A DNA stretch of 64,000 nt from a virus. Under the pieces are notes generated by a model that saw only the letters and a program-made list of their open reading frames with translations, was not told where the DNA came from and did no database searches. A program made the translations under genes and the position numbers. The DNA lies in the IMG/VR virus record IMGVR_UViG_3300037493_004064, positions 1 through 64,000 of that record. One strand, 5' to 3'. Position 1 is the first letter of the stretch. Each line of letters opens with the position of its first letter. Positions 10,927 through 20,270 of the stretch are shown here, one piece after another.

Positions 10927-11166
10927 TTACATCGCTGGCATTGCGCCTTCAGCACCTGGTTCAACCGGAGTTGAGTACTGAGCATGAACTCTTTTTAGAT
11001 TTTGCTTTGCTTCGTAGTTACGAACATCAAGCATTTTACGCAGTTTTCGGATCTGCCTTAGGGTGAGTTTAGTCTTACGGGATTCTTTCCACTTAGGCTT
11101 AGAGTTATCAGATCCAAGGTCCTGATAACCATCAATTGCTGCGTCAAACATTTCCAGTAATTTCAT
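10927..11166 (-). CDS. Small basic head-module protein
   Basis: 79 aa containing RKTKLTLRQIRKLRKM. GATAAATA at 11171-11178. Confidence 0.7.
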   Translation of the reverse strand: MKLLEMFDAAIDGYQDLGSDNSKPKWKESRKTKLTLRQIRKLRKMLDVRNYEAKQNLKRVHAQYSTPVEPGAEGAMPAM

Positions 11167-11180
11167 ATGGTATTTATCTT

Positions 11181-12965
11181 TTACATGCCGTTGCCGCCCG
11201 GGGCGCCACCAGCCATTGGTGCTCCTGGCATCGGGGCTGCTACTGAACCGGCAACCTCTGCTCCTGGCATCTCGCCTTCTGGGTTGTCCATGTCATCAGC
11301 AGTTTGTTCATCTGATTCCATGTCACCAACTGAAACACCGATGGAACGCAAATCGGATCCTTGTGGATTAATATCCTCATCCTTATTATTTTCTTCACGC
11401 CATAGTTTCTCGTTCTTGACGATTTCTTCTTCTGTAAGACCAAGGAAACGTTCAAGGGCAAATCGTTTAGAGATATACGGATACGCTTCAACAGTAGAAA
11501 AGGTATTTACCCGTGATGTGTCTAATTCAGACTGACGGTAAGACGCAAAGTTTTGGGGTGCATTGAACTTCAGCACGAATAATCCGCTGTCAATGTTCAG
11601 ACCGCGCCATCTTAGGAATAGTTTGAACTCCTCGTCAAGTTTCTGACTGATGTATTTTTGCAGACGTTCACAGTATTGATTAAAACGGAACTCTTGAATC
11701 ATTGCCGTTCCTACTTTACCGTCACCCATGAGGCGTTCACTGTCGTCAGGGCCTGTAGGCAAATAACTACTTGGAATACGAAGTCCACGTGCCAGACGAT
11801 TATTAAAGTAACGCAGATCGTCAATCTCACCGAGATTTTGACCACCAGGTAATGTAGTTACATCTGAACCACGGCCATCTGCTGTAGTCGGGAAGAAATA
11901 ATCTTCATTCATGCTCATCGGATTATATGTGGCATCAAGAACTGACTGACCACCATGAACAGATGGGATTCGTCGTTGATGGATTTCATTTTTGATGCGT
12001 TCAACAAATGCCATGGCCATGTGACTCGGCATGTTACCAACGTCAATCTTGAACACTCTACGTTCAGGGGCACGTTGTACACGGTAGATAAGAACGGCGT
12101 CTTCCAACAGTTCCTTTTGCTTATATACCTTGAAGATGTTTTCCAGGATTGATTGGCCGAAAGGCCAGAACCGATCAAGACCTTCTGTGAGACTAAGGTG
12201 AACAACGTGTTTCGCATCAATCGCCGATTCTTGAATACCAAGAGTGAAGCGACCGCTTGTAGTGGCTGTATTAGGGACGGTGTATCCGCCACTTACTGAA
12301 CCACCACCTGTTCCACCAGACCCCGTTGCTGGATTAGCAGCGAAGTCAGTATTATTCTTTTGTGCCACAGACAGATTTTGAAGATTTACATTGATGTCTT
12401 TGATGACATACTGTTCGGGTAACTTACCTTCGCTTTCATTCACAATGACCTTGATAACCTTGGTCATGTCCACCCAATATAACTTGAAGTTTTCAGGATC
12501 ACGAATGAAAGCCTGATCGCCGTATTTAATGGTGTTGCGGAAAATCTTGAAGGCACGGGTGTCAAACTCATTAAGTTTGCACCATTGTTGTAATTGCTTC
12601 TTCAGTAACTCAACTTCGTGTGGAGTAGGATCTTCAGAGAACTCCAGATTGAATGGAGTCTTATTATGTTCATTTGACTGTGTACAGAACTCAGCAATGA
12701 TGTCCAGACATGCGTTAATTTCGGCATCAACGTCCATCATTTCATACTGATTATATCGTTCAATGCGATTTGGGTGACCCACATACACTTCAGGAAGTCT
12801 GCTGGCGTAGTTCTTATACCCGAACTGATCGTTGTTCCAACCACCAGTTTCTGATCCATTCTGTCCAGGACTGTTATTCCAGGCACCTTTATTGCTATTG
12901 GCGCCAGAAATCGGGCTCATTGCGCCAGTTGTGTTGACTCCGGCAAATCGTTTCTTGTAGGACAT
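11181..12965 (-). CDS. gp20: Portal vertex protein (gp20-like)
   Basis: Motifs LEDAVLIYRVQRAPERRVFKIDVGNMP, EDYFFP...GSDVTTLPGGQNLGEIDD. Confidence 0.96.
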   Translation of the reverse strand: MSYKKRFAGVNTTGAMSPISGANSNKGAWNNSPGQNGSETGGWNNDQFGYKNYASRLPEVYVGHPNRIERYNQYEMMDVDAEINACLDIIAEFCTQSNEHNKTPFNLEFSEDPTPHEVELLKKQLQQWCKLNEFDTRAFKIFRNTIKYGDQAFIRDPENFKLYWVDMTKVIKVIVNESEGKLPEQYVIKDINVNLQNLSVAQKNNTDFAANPATGSGGTGGGSVSGGYTVPNTATTSGRFTLGIQESAIDAKHVVHLSLTEGLDRFWPFGQSILENIFKVYKQKELLEDAVLIYRVQRAPERRVFKIDVGNMPSHMAMAFVERIKNEIHQRRIPSVHGGQSVLDATYNPMSMNEDYFFPTTADGRGSDVTTLPGGQNLGEIDDLRYFNNRLARGLRIPSSYLPTGPDDSERLMGDGKVGTAMIQEFRFNQYCERLQKYISQKLDEEFKLFLRWRGLNIDSGLFVLKFNAPQNFASYRQSELDTSRVNTFSTVEAYPYISKRFALERFLGLTEEEIVKNEKLWREENNKDEDINPQGSDLRSIGVSVGDMESDEQTADDMDNPEGEMPGAEVAGSVAAPMPGAPMAGGAPGGNGM

Positions 12966-12978
12966 ATTGTATTTAGTA

Positions 12979-15900
12979 TTACACGCGAGAATATTTTAAT
13001 AACTCTTCCCTGGTATCGTTACCAGACGCCATGTGATCACTGAGCGTATCCATCTTGTCTGAGAGCATTTTGAATAGTTCCAATAATACACCGGAGTCAG
13101 CATTGGCTGTCGGTGCTGCAGGGGTAGCAGTAGGCAATGGCTCTTTCTGAACAGTAGGCGCTTCGTTGCTTGCAACCAAACTATTAGGGTTTGGCATAGG
13201 TGTCACAGTTTCTCTGCCATGTAGTGTCACAGGGTATCCCGAAAGAGGTCCATTGAATAATCCACCAAACTTGGCATGTGGTGTCTTTTCTTCAACTGAT
13301 GCCACTGGTGAAAAACTGACAGACTTCATAATCCTGGCATTCACTGCTGCCTTGTATCCCTTTGGATCAGCAACAGGATCTGGCAGCGGTTCAGCCTTAG
13401 CAACTGGGCGAGGTGTGACCGCTGGCACTTTAGGTTTTGCAAACCAGTTGTCGCGTCCTGCCTTAGTCTTATCTATTTCCTCTTGGGATGATGGTTTAAA
13501 ATCGGGTTCAATGGAAGTTTGTTCAGTTTTTGCAGCAAGTGTTACAGGTGCCGCAGCAGTTGACACGGGTGTTACAGGTGCCGCAGCAGTTGACACGGGT
13601 GTTACAGGTGCCGCTGCCACTGGAGTAGGTGTTATAGGTGCCGCAGCAGTTGACACGGGTGTTACAGGTGCCGCAGCAGTTGACACGGGTGTTACAGGTG
13701 CCGCTGCCACTGGAGTAGGTGTTACAGGTGCCGCTGCCACTGGAGTAGGTGTTACAGGTGCCGCAGCAGTTGACACGGGTGTTACAGGGGTTACAGGGGT
13801 TACAGGGGTTACAGGGGTTACAGGTGCCGCTGCCACTGGAGTAGGTGTTACAGGGGTTACAGGCGCCGCTGCCACTGGAGTAGGTGTTACAGGTGTCGCA
13901 GCAGTTGACACGGGTGTTACAGGTGTTACAGGTGCCGCTGCGACTACTGGATCAGTAGATTCATTAGAATTTGCTAATCTTTCGTGAGTATTAAACTTTT
14001 CTTTTTGCATGGCAACAAATTGGACCGGGGTCTGTCCAGGTTTCATGCCATTATGCTTCATTGCCTCAATAACCTTCGGTCCTACTGGTTTACCCTTAAT
14101 TGCATCAATGACACCAGGACCAATATTATGCACCATGTATAGGTTTTCACCAGTAACAGGAACACCGGCTACTTCTAATAGTTTAGCATTATTTTTGGCA
14201 AGCAATGCGGTTGCCATCATGTTGATTCGTTGGTCTCTCCTAGGATCCTGTGGTGTTCTGAAATTTTCAGGAGTTACTGGCTTCATCCCAATTTCAATTC
14301 CCTCAAGAGTCTTGGCTAATGAATTCCAAGTTCCGTCAGGGATTGTTTTACCATCTTTGCCTAATTTTCCACCATGCCCAGCCGATGACTCAGTGAATTG
14401 CCCTATTCCTATTGCCCCTGTCGGTGACATTTCACCGGAATAGCCACCCTCCATTTTAGCGAATCCACGCATGGTTTTTTCGTCCATACCGAATTTTTTA
14501 GAGGCATCCCGTATGTTGTCGTCATTTTCTTTACCGAATCCACTAAACTTTCCCTCAGGAGAAAGTTTACTCTTTACGGCAGTTATTTTCTCAGTGCGCT
14601 CTGCTATTCCTGATTTTGTCTCGTTGATTTCTTTATCAACTTCACCAGTGCTTTGGCGACGGCGCTGAAGGAGTTCCTTTTTCTCATAAAGATCACCGAG
14701 TTTACTTTCAGCACTCTTATTTTCTGACTCTAATTCTTGCATCTCACGACGAATCTTATATTGCTTCTCCCTAAGGGCAATATCCTTTGCCACAGATGCA
14801 TTGACCTTCTTTTCATTTGCAGTGATTTCTTCCGTTATGGTGGCAAGGTTGACTTTAGCATTGTTAATCCGTTCATCTATTAGTTTTCTTTCATCGACGG
14901 TTGCACCACTTCTGATTGCTTCTGTGCGTTTTTCTTCGTCGTCAGCAATTGATTTCTCTAACGAGTCCTTACGATTTTTAAGAAGTTTAGCATTGGCGTA
15001 ATTAGTTTGTGTTTCATCTGATACATTAATGTTAGTGGTAGATTTTTCTTGTTTACTTGATTTTTCAACCTTCGGCGTTCCACCAGCAGGAGGCTTAGCC
15101 CCAACTATATTGTTAAATTTATTAACGGCTGCTTCAAACATCTCACTGGCCGCTTGGTTTATTTTTGCTGATTGATCAAAGTGTTTAATCGCACTGTCCT
15201 GCAACATAGCAGCAGCCTGTTGCGTTCTCCCTGCGCTTATATTTGCTGCCAATTGTGCGTCTGGTGTACCTTGCTTTTTCTGTTTTTCTGCCTCTAAATA
15301 TTCACCGGGATCAGAATAACCTGCTGACTTTGCAGCGGCTAACAATTTATCATATCCCTTTATCTTGTCAACACCATTAGCATAAGTCCCAGCTAACACT
15401 CCCCCTACATCTCCGCCTGCTGCCTTCGGAAGTGCCATTGCTCCAAGTGCGCCCTTCCAACCACCCATAGCAAGTGAGAGGATTTTAGTCTGGTCCCGTA
15501 GACCGGTATTCACTGCATCAAGCGCTGGCTTGAACGTCAAATACGCAGCACTTGATTTATCATCAGTTGGCCCGCCTAATGCTGCGCCACGGGCTATTCC
15601 AATGGACCCTTCAATATTTCCCTGATTTCTTATATTTCTTGCAAGAATAGCAAGAGTTTGCAATCTGTCTAACTCTCCTTTATTATTCTCTTGCTCTGCC
15701 TTAAACATAGCCGCCCGGAGTTGGTCTTCGGCTAGAACCGCATCCATCGCTAACTCTTGTTCTTTTCTGGATACACCTGTGATGGCAGCCATCTTATCCA
15801 GTTCTTCCATGTAATTTTTTGCACCAGCCACCTGTTCTAGTTGAGTTTTATTAAGTAATGTCCCCATCCTTGTTTGCTGGGCCATCCACTTCAGGTCATG

Positions 15901-18003
15901 TTCACGCTGTTCGTCTACTGTTATCCCTAATCTTTCTAATTGTTCACCTATCTCAGATTTTTTTAGTTCATTTGCAACGTTGGCAAACGCCTTGGCACCA
16001 TCAGATGCAGTTCCTCCCATCATTGCTAAATCTTTGGCATTTGCCTTTAACAATGGTCCTAGTTTTTCTATCTCTTTGACAGTCAGGCCCAATTTTTGGG
16101 TCATATCAAATAATCCGGTTAACCCTTCGGATGTAGCTAAACCAACTTGAGAAAGGTCGTTGAAGGACTTGAACAGGGCATCGTTTTGCTCGGCGCCCTT
16201 TTTTTGCGCCTCAGTGAATAATTCAAATGCGGCAGTCGCAGCCATCGTAGCAACCCCGAGAATCTTAAGGACTGGACCACCCATAAGAAATAGTGCCCCG
16301 GCTAATCCATACATAAGCGGAGTAACCTTATCTACCGCAGATGCCAATGCGTTAACACCCACTGCTGCTCCGCGCTGACCAGCATAAAGAGATGTTGACA
16401 TTGACATAAAGCCAGCGACGAGTGCTTTCCCGGCGACTGCTATAGATTCAAATGCTATTTGTGCCCCTACCCCACCGCCAGCCATTTTAATTAACCCATC
16501 TTTTCCAGACTCTAATGCACTTGATAATGATGTAATTTTCCCCCTGATGTCTTTAAAGGTATCACCAGGGTTTGCTAACTTTTGAACAGTTTGTGTGAAC
16601 TTCTCCTGTTCTTCTTTTAACCTTCTCTGTGTTTTAGCAGCGTCTACTATTTCTTTCTGTTGATCCTTACTGAGGTCTTTAAACTGAGTTACAACTCCAC
16701 CGTATGCCTGATTACCAGCACTATATAGTGCGATCTGCTCCCTGTAAACTCTATTTCGCTGAGTCTCAGCAAACGACTCCTCACCTATCTGCTTCTTAAT
16801 GCGGTCAACGACCTTCCCTTCAATAAGGTGGCGCTCATCCATTGCTTTACGAATTCCGGCATTGAGTGAATCTTCAACGCCCAGTCGTTTTTTAGTTGTC
16901 TCAGCTAGTTCTTTATTAATCTTAAATTGTTCAGGGTTTGCCAACTTCTGAACTTGTTTGGTATACTTTTCTTGTTCTACTTGTAATTCCTGTCGTAGCC
17001 TTGCTGCCTCTACGACTGCGCCTTGCTCTTGTTTACTGAGGTCATCAAACTTTATATGCGACAAAGATTGTATAGTTTGTGCTAAGTTATCCTGGCCAGT
17101 TCGCAGTTTCTTCTGAACTATGGCTGCATATACAAGTTCGTCCTGTTGCTGTTTACTGAAGTCTTTAAATTGTGTTATGACTCCGCCATACGCCAAAGTA
17201 CCGGATCTAAATTGTGCAATTTGTTCTCTGAAAACTCTGTCATGTTGAATTGCCGAAAAAGCCCGTTCCTTTTCTGCATTGTTGGCGCCCTTCATGGACT
17301 GAATGGCACGTTCAATTACTCTTCCCTCAATGAGGTGGCGCTCATCCATCGCTTTACGAATTCCGACATTCAGAGAATCTTCAATGCCTAACCGTTTCTT
17401 GGTCTCTTCTGCCAAATCTTTGTTTATTTTAAGTTGTTCAGGATTGGCCAGCTTCTGAACCTCTTTAGTGAACTTTTCTCTTTCTTCCTGCAGTTTCTTT
17501 TGTGTCTTGGCAGCATCAACTAGTTGACTTTGTTGTTGCTTATCAAGATCCTTGAACTTTGTTACAACACCACCATATGCCATATTACCGGAACTATACT
17601 GCTGTATTTGTTCTCTGAATAATTTATTTCGTTGGGTTTCATTGAACGCATCGACACCTATTCTATCTTTGGCCCTTTCAACTATTTTTTGTTCAATCTG
17701 TTGTCGTTCGTCAAGTTTTCTACTAATATCGGCATTAGCAGTATCTTCTATACCCAACCGCTTATGAAATGATCTGGCAATTTCAGAATTGTACTCTTGC
17801 TGCCGTGACAGAGAAGTATCCCGGTCTTTTCTTATCTTATCCTCAATTGTCTCCGTTCGCGCAAAGTGTTCTTCAGTGGCCTTAACTTGTTTTTCAGTTT
17901 CGTCAGCTTGGCGCTTAACTTGTTCGCCCATGGATGACATGGCATCAGCCATACTTTGTATGGATGCAAGCAGTTGTTCTTGTACTTCTTCAGGTGTTGA
18001 CAT
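12979..18003 (-). CDS. Tape-measure-like protein with a lytic transglycosylase (SLT-like) domain
   Basis: 1674 aa, largely helical, with an Ala/Gly-rich hydrophobic stretch. SLT-like motifs [11 protein letters not shown]...FAKMEGG...GAIGIGQF...[10 protein letters not shown]-terminal [23 protein letters not shown]. Confidence 0.75.
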   Translation of the reverse strand: MSTPEEVQEQLLASIQSMADAMSSMGEQVKRQADETEKQVKATEEHFARTETIEDKIRKDRDTSLSRQQEYNSEIARSFHKRLGIEDTANADISRKLDERQQIEQKIVERAKDRIGVDAFNETQRNKLFREQIQQYSSGNMAYGGVVTKFKDLDKQQQSQLVDAAKTQKKLQEEREKFTKEVQKLANPEQLKINKDLAEETKKRLGIEDSLNVGIRKAMDERHLIEGRVIERAIQSMKGANNAEKERAFSAIQHDRVFREQIAQFRSGTLAYGGVITQFKDFSKQQQDELVYAAIVQKKLRTGQDNLAQTIQSLSHIKFDDLSKQEQGAVVEAARLRQELQVEQEKYTKQVQKLANPEQFKINKELAETTKKRLGVEDSLNAGIRKAMDERHLIEGKVVDRIKKQIGEESFAETQRNRVYREQIALYSAGNQAYGGVVTQFKDLSKDQQKEIVDAAKTQRRLKEEQEKFTQTVQKLANPGDTFKDIRGKITSLSSALESGKDGLIKMAGGGVGAQIAFESIAVAGKALVAGFMSMSTSLYAGQRGAAVGVNALASAVDKVTPLMYGLAGALFLMGGPVLKILGVATMAATAAFELFTEAQKKGAEQNDALFKSFNDLSQVGLATSEGLTGLFDMTQKLGLTVKEIEKLGPLLKANAKDLAMMGGTASDGAKAFANVANELKKSEIGEQLERLGITVDEQREHDLKWMAQQTRMGTLLNKTQLEQVAGAKNYMEELDKMAAITGVSRKEQELAMDAVLAEDQLRAAMFKAEQENNKGELDRLQTLAILARNIRNQGNIEGSIGIARGAALGGPTDDKSSAAYLTFKPALDAVNTGLRDQTKILSLAMGGWKGALGAMALPKAAGGDVGGVLAGTYANGVDKIKGYDKLLAAAKSAGYSDPGEYLEAEKQKKQGTPDAQLAANISAGRTQQAAAMLQDSAIKHFDQSAKINQAASEMFEAAVNKFNNIVGAKPPAGGTPKVEKSSKQEKSTTNINVSDETQTNYANAKLLKNRKDSLEKSIADDEEKRTEAIRSGATVDERKLIDERINNAKVNLATITEEITANEKKVNASVAKDIALREKQYKIRREMQELESENKSAESKLGDLYEKKELLQRRRQSTGEVDKEINETKSGIAERTEKITAVKSKLSPEGKFSGFGKENDDNIRDASKKFGMDEKTMRGFAKMEGGYSGEMSPTGAIGIGQFTESSAGHGGKLGKDGKTIPDGTWNSLAKTLEGIEIGMKPVTPENFRTPQDPRRDQRINMMATALLAKNNAKLLEVAGVPVTGENLYMVHNIGPGVIDAIKGKPVGPKVIEAMKHNGMKPGQTPVQFVAMQKEKFNTHERLANSNESTDPVVAAAPVTPVTPVSTAATPVTPTPVAAAPVTPVTPTPVAAAPVTPVTPVTPVTPVTPVSTAAAPVTPTPVAAAPVTPTPVAAAPVTPVSTAAAPVTPVSTAAAPITPTPVAAAPVTPVSTAAAPVTPVSTAAAPVTLAAKTEQTSIEPDFKPSSQEEIDKTKAGRDNWFAKPKVPAVTPRPVAKAEPLPDPVADPKGYKAAVNARIMKSVSFSPVASVEEKTPHAKFGGLFNGPLSGYPVTLHGRETVTPMPNPNSLVASNEAPTVQKEPLPTATPAAPTANADSGVLLELFKMLSDKMDTLSDHMASGNDTREELLKYSRV
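13540..13945. repeat. Coding tandem repeats (30-bp and 9-bp units) encoding a Pro/Thr/Ala/Val linker
   Basis: Units gttacaggtgccgcagcagttgacacgggt and gttacaggtgccgctgccactggagtaggt, plus (gttacaggg)n. Protein reads ([20 protein letters not shown])n. Confidence 0.95.
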
Positions 18004-18020
18004 ATTTGGGCTCTTTCAGG

Positions 18021-18074
18021 TATTTATTCATTTTTAATACCATTAAATTTACCCTATTTTTCATACACTAAATA
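18021..18074. promoter_or_regulatory. Divergent pair of late promoters (AATAAATA minus 18021-18028; ACTAAATA plus 18067-18074)
   Basis: AT-rich gap between the divergent tape-measure and gp26-like genes, with one TAAATA box on each strand. Confidence 0.6.
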
Positions 18075-18100
18075 CATCACTGTTTACCCAAGGAACAAAA

Positions 18101-18928
18101 ATGATTGAAAACAACCCGCTAAGACAATATTTTCGCCGCCCATCAATTTACATCAAATTACCAAGCGGGTATAAAAATTACCCCGAAGGAGTCATTGATG
18201 TGCCAGAGGCAGGAGAACTGCCGGTCTTTCCGATGACTGCCATTGACGAAATTACAGTGAACACACCAGATGCATTGTTCAATGGTACTGCCATCGTTGA
18301 AATTATCACAAGTTGTGTTCCAAGCATCAAGGATCCGTGGAGACTATCCAGCGTTGACCTTGATACCGTGCTGTTGGCAATCAAGTCAGCATCCGGTGGT
18401 AACGACATGGAAATTGAAACGACATGCCCGGCTTGCCAAGAAGCATCTACGTATGGTGTGAATCTTGTAGGACTGTTAACCTCAATCAAATCAGGTGATT
18501 ATGACACTGAACTTGCGGTGAACGATCTGCTGATTAAACTACGTCCGCTTACTTACAAAGAAATGACTGAAGTAGGACTTGGTCAGTTTGAACTACAGAA
18601 GATGTTTGCAGCAATTGACACGCTGGAAAATCTCACTGAAAAAACTAATAAGCAGCGCGAGGCTCTGAAAACCATCACTGATATCACCATGACTCTTCTG
18701 GCGAAGACCATTGAATATATCAAAACACCCAGTTCATACGTGGATCAGAAGGATTTCATTCTCGATTTTCTGAAGAACTGCGACAAGGGCATGTTTGAAT
18801 CAATTAGAAACCATAATACCAGTCTGAAAACAAAGTCTGAGGTGAAACCACTTCCGGTGAAATGCATTCACTGCCAGCATGAGTACTCACAACCTTTCTC
18901 AATAAACGCCGCTGATTTTTTCGGGTAA
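18101..18928 (+). CDS. gp26: Baseplate hub assembly protein / tail assembly chaperone (gp26-like)
   Basis: N-terminal RRPSIYIKLPS...PMTAIDE, two CxxC pairs (CPAC, CIHC) and a C-terminal DFFG, all typical of gp26-family proteins. Confidence 0.8.
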   Translation: MIENNPLRQYFRRPSIYIKLPSGYKNYPEGVIDVPEAGELPVFPMTAIDEITVNTPDALFNGTAIVEIITSCVPSIKDPWRLSSVDLDTVLLAIKSASGGNDMEIETTCPACQEASTYGVNLVGLLTSIKSGDYDTELAVNDLLIKLRPLTYKEMTEVGLGQFELQKMFAAIDTLENLTEKTNKQREALKTITDITMTLLAKTIEYIKTPSSYVDQKDFILDFLKNCDKGMFESIRNHNTSLKTKSEVKPLPVKCIHCQHEYSQPFSINAADFFG

Positions 18929-18963
18929 GGCTTCTACACCTTGACCCCGAAGGTGTACAGAAG
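18916..18963 (+). promoter_or_regulatory. Putative -1 programmed ribosomal frameshift signal
   Basis: Slippery heptamer T TTT TTC (18916-18922) in frame at the end of the gp26-like gene, a 7-nt spacer, then the hairpin GCTTCT-ACACCTT-gaccccg-AAGGTGT-ac-AGAAGC. The -1 frame is open to 19152. Confidence 0.7.
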
Positions 18964-18975
18964 CTATTAGATGAT

Positions 18976-19152
18976 ATGGAAGATGAGTGTACTGCAATTA
19001 AGAAAAATGCTCTTACTTGCTCTTGGTACATGCGGGGTGGAGTATCCTATGAGGATGTGTTGAACATGTCTATGGAGGAACGAAACCAAATAAATCAGAT
19101 CATATCTGATAACCTCAAGACCACGAAAGAAAGCAAACTACCATTCTTTTAG
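18976..19152 (+). CDS. Small gp51-like hub-assembly protein, or the C-terminal extension of the frameshift product
   Basis: MEDECTAIKKNALTCSWYMRGGVSYEDVLNMSMEERNQINQIISDNLKTTKESKLPFF (58 aa, absent from the ORF track). It lies in the -1 frame of the upstream gene, and that frame is open from 18916. Confidence 0.75.
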   Translation: MEDECTAIKKNALTCSWYMRGGVSYEDVLNMSMEERNQINQIISDNLKTTKESKLPFF

Positions 19153-19174
19153 ACACCACGGTGTCTTTTCTTTT
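19151..19174 (+). terminator. Probable terminator of the gp26/gp51-like unit
   Basis: AGACAC-CACG-GTGTCT followed by TTTCTTTT. Confidence 0.6.
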
Positions 19175-19299
19175 GGCATTCCATTCCATTATTTGTCATT
19201 TATATTTTGCTCTCTTTAGAGATGTGCTACGCACATCTGATCCCTTCGCTTCGCTCGGTATCACTCTAATTCTTTTTTATTCTACTCTCTATTTGCTTA

Positions 19300-19756
19300 T
19301 CGGATATCCACTTCACCTTGGAGCCATGGTAGTGCCAATTCAGCACTACCAAATGGAAAGTTTCACCCTATCCCCTCTGTTGTCTCTATCCCAGATAATT
19401 AGGCGTCTACTACTATCTGCTACCGGTTGCTCTGTAAAGTTGTTATGGATCTGTAGTTGAGACAATATGGCTTAAACTTCACCATACCTCCCAGCAACGC
19501 ATGTTCTGTACCATCACGACAAAGTAGGCACAGACTCATTCAGGGTTCACATTTCTACCATGGTGAGAGCCCTGTCGGTATTCCCCTGGTATTATTAGCG
19601 CAATACCAAGGCTATACTCCAGTATCTGACGGCACAGCACAATCTGTACAACCTCAAGGAGAGTCGGGCGTCCCGACTAGACGAATTAGGCTAAGGCTTT
19701 GTGCCAGTGTTTGGTGTCAGGCTAGTGACGGGGAATTTGATTTGACCTGGTGTCTG
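19300..19756 (-). ncRNA. Putative large structured non-coding RNA (about 450-600 nt), family unassigned
   Basis: No credible ORF. At least 8 helices, and the non-Watson-Crick pairs inside them are G-U on the minus strand. A late promoter GCTAAATA sits at 19759-19766 (minus). The ends are approximate. Confidence 0.65.
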
Positions 19757-19758
19757 TT

Positions 19759-19766
19759 TATTTAGC
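19759..19766 (-). promoter_or_regulatory. Late promoter (GCTAAATA) pointing into the non-coding region
   Basis: Same octamer as the box before the 20254 gene (20261-20268). No ORF follows it. Confidence 0.55.
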
Positions 19767-19810
19767 AAGTATAACACGTTCCGTACGAAAATTATACTGT
19801 ATTTGGGTAA

Positions 19811-20254
19811 CTATCTTTTCATTTTTGCCTCTTCGGCCGTTTCCTCTGGAGGAAGAAACTTGATGCCTGAGATAAGGCCGTTGTAGCTTTTCCGTGCGCC
19901 GTTAGGTAGTTTTGTTCGTAGAACATCTTCCATAATTTGAAGTTTTACTTCTGCATAGACGAGCGATGCGCGTGTCTTATGCAGGGAAATAATCTCAAAG
20001 CGATAGTTGTCTTTGCCATTGGTGGCAATCGAGGTGTTGAGTCTGACTGAAGAACCCATATAGGTTTTCCAATCAGACTCCTTGATCACCTTCTTCTTAT
20101 TTTTTCTGCCCTTGACTGTTTTTCTTAGATGCTGATGCAGTTGCTTCTTGCCGACGTATTCCATTCCGGTGCTTATCTCTGTAATTCGGTAAAGAAAACC
20201 GAACCAGTCGTCAATCTCAAAAACGTGTGGGAACTCCCAATGACCTGTATCCAT
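19811..20254 (-). CDS. GIY-YIG-superfamily nuclease-like protein
   Basis: GFLYRIT...EYVGKK corresponds to the GIY...YIG pair. Also ESDWKTYMGSS, a conserved Glu (YAEV) and Asn (SYNG), and a basic insert RKTVKGRKNKKK. Confidence 0.75.
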   Translation of the reverse strand: MDTGHWEFPHVFEIDDWFGFLYRITEISTGMEYVGKKQLHQHLRKTVKGRKNKKKVIKESDWKTYMGSSVRLNTSIATNGKDNYRFEIISLHKTRASLVYAEVKLQIMEDVLRTKLPNGARKSYNGLISGIKFLPPEETAEEAKMKR

Positions 20255-20270
20255 GCGAGATATTTAGCCA

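Noticed and set aside
13166-13987. 273-aa plus-strand ORF with GVTGAAA repeats
   Set aside because: Antisense shadow of the Pro/Thr repeat in the tape-measure gene.
19300-19756. Group I/II intron, RNase P, tmRNA or tRNA identity for the structured region
   Set aside because: No interrupted gene flanks it. I could not find a group II domain V, convincing P7 R/S elements, the RNase P GAGGAAAGUCC core, or tRNA-like ends. An Rfam search is still needed.
19161-19765. ORFs 19161-19460 and 19457-19765 (+)
   Set aside because: GTG/TTG starts without an SD, atypical composition, located after a terminator, and overlapping a region better explained as a minus-strand structured RNA.
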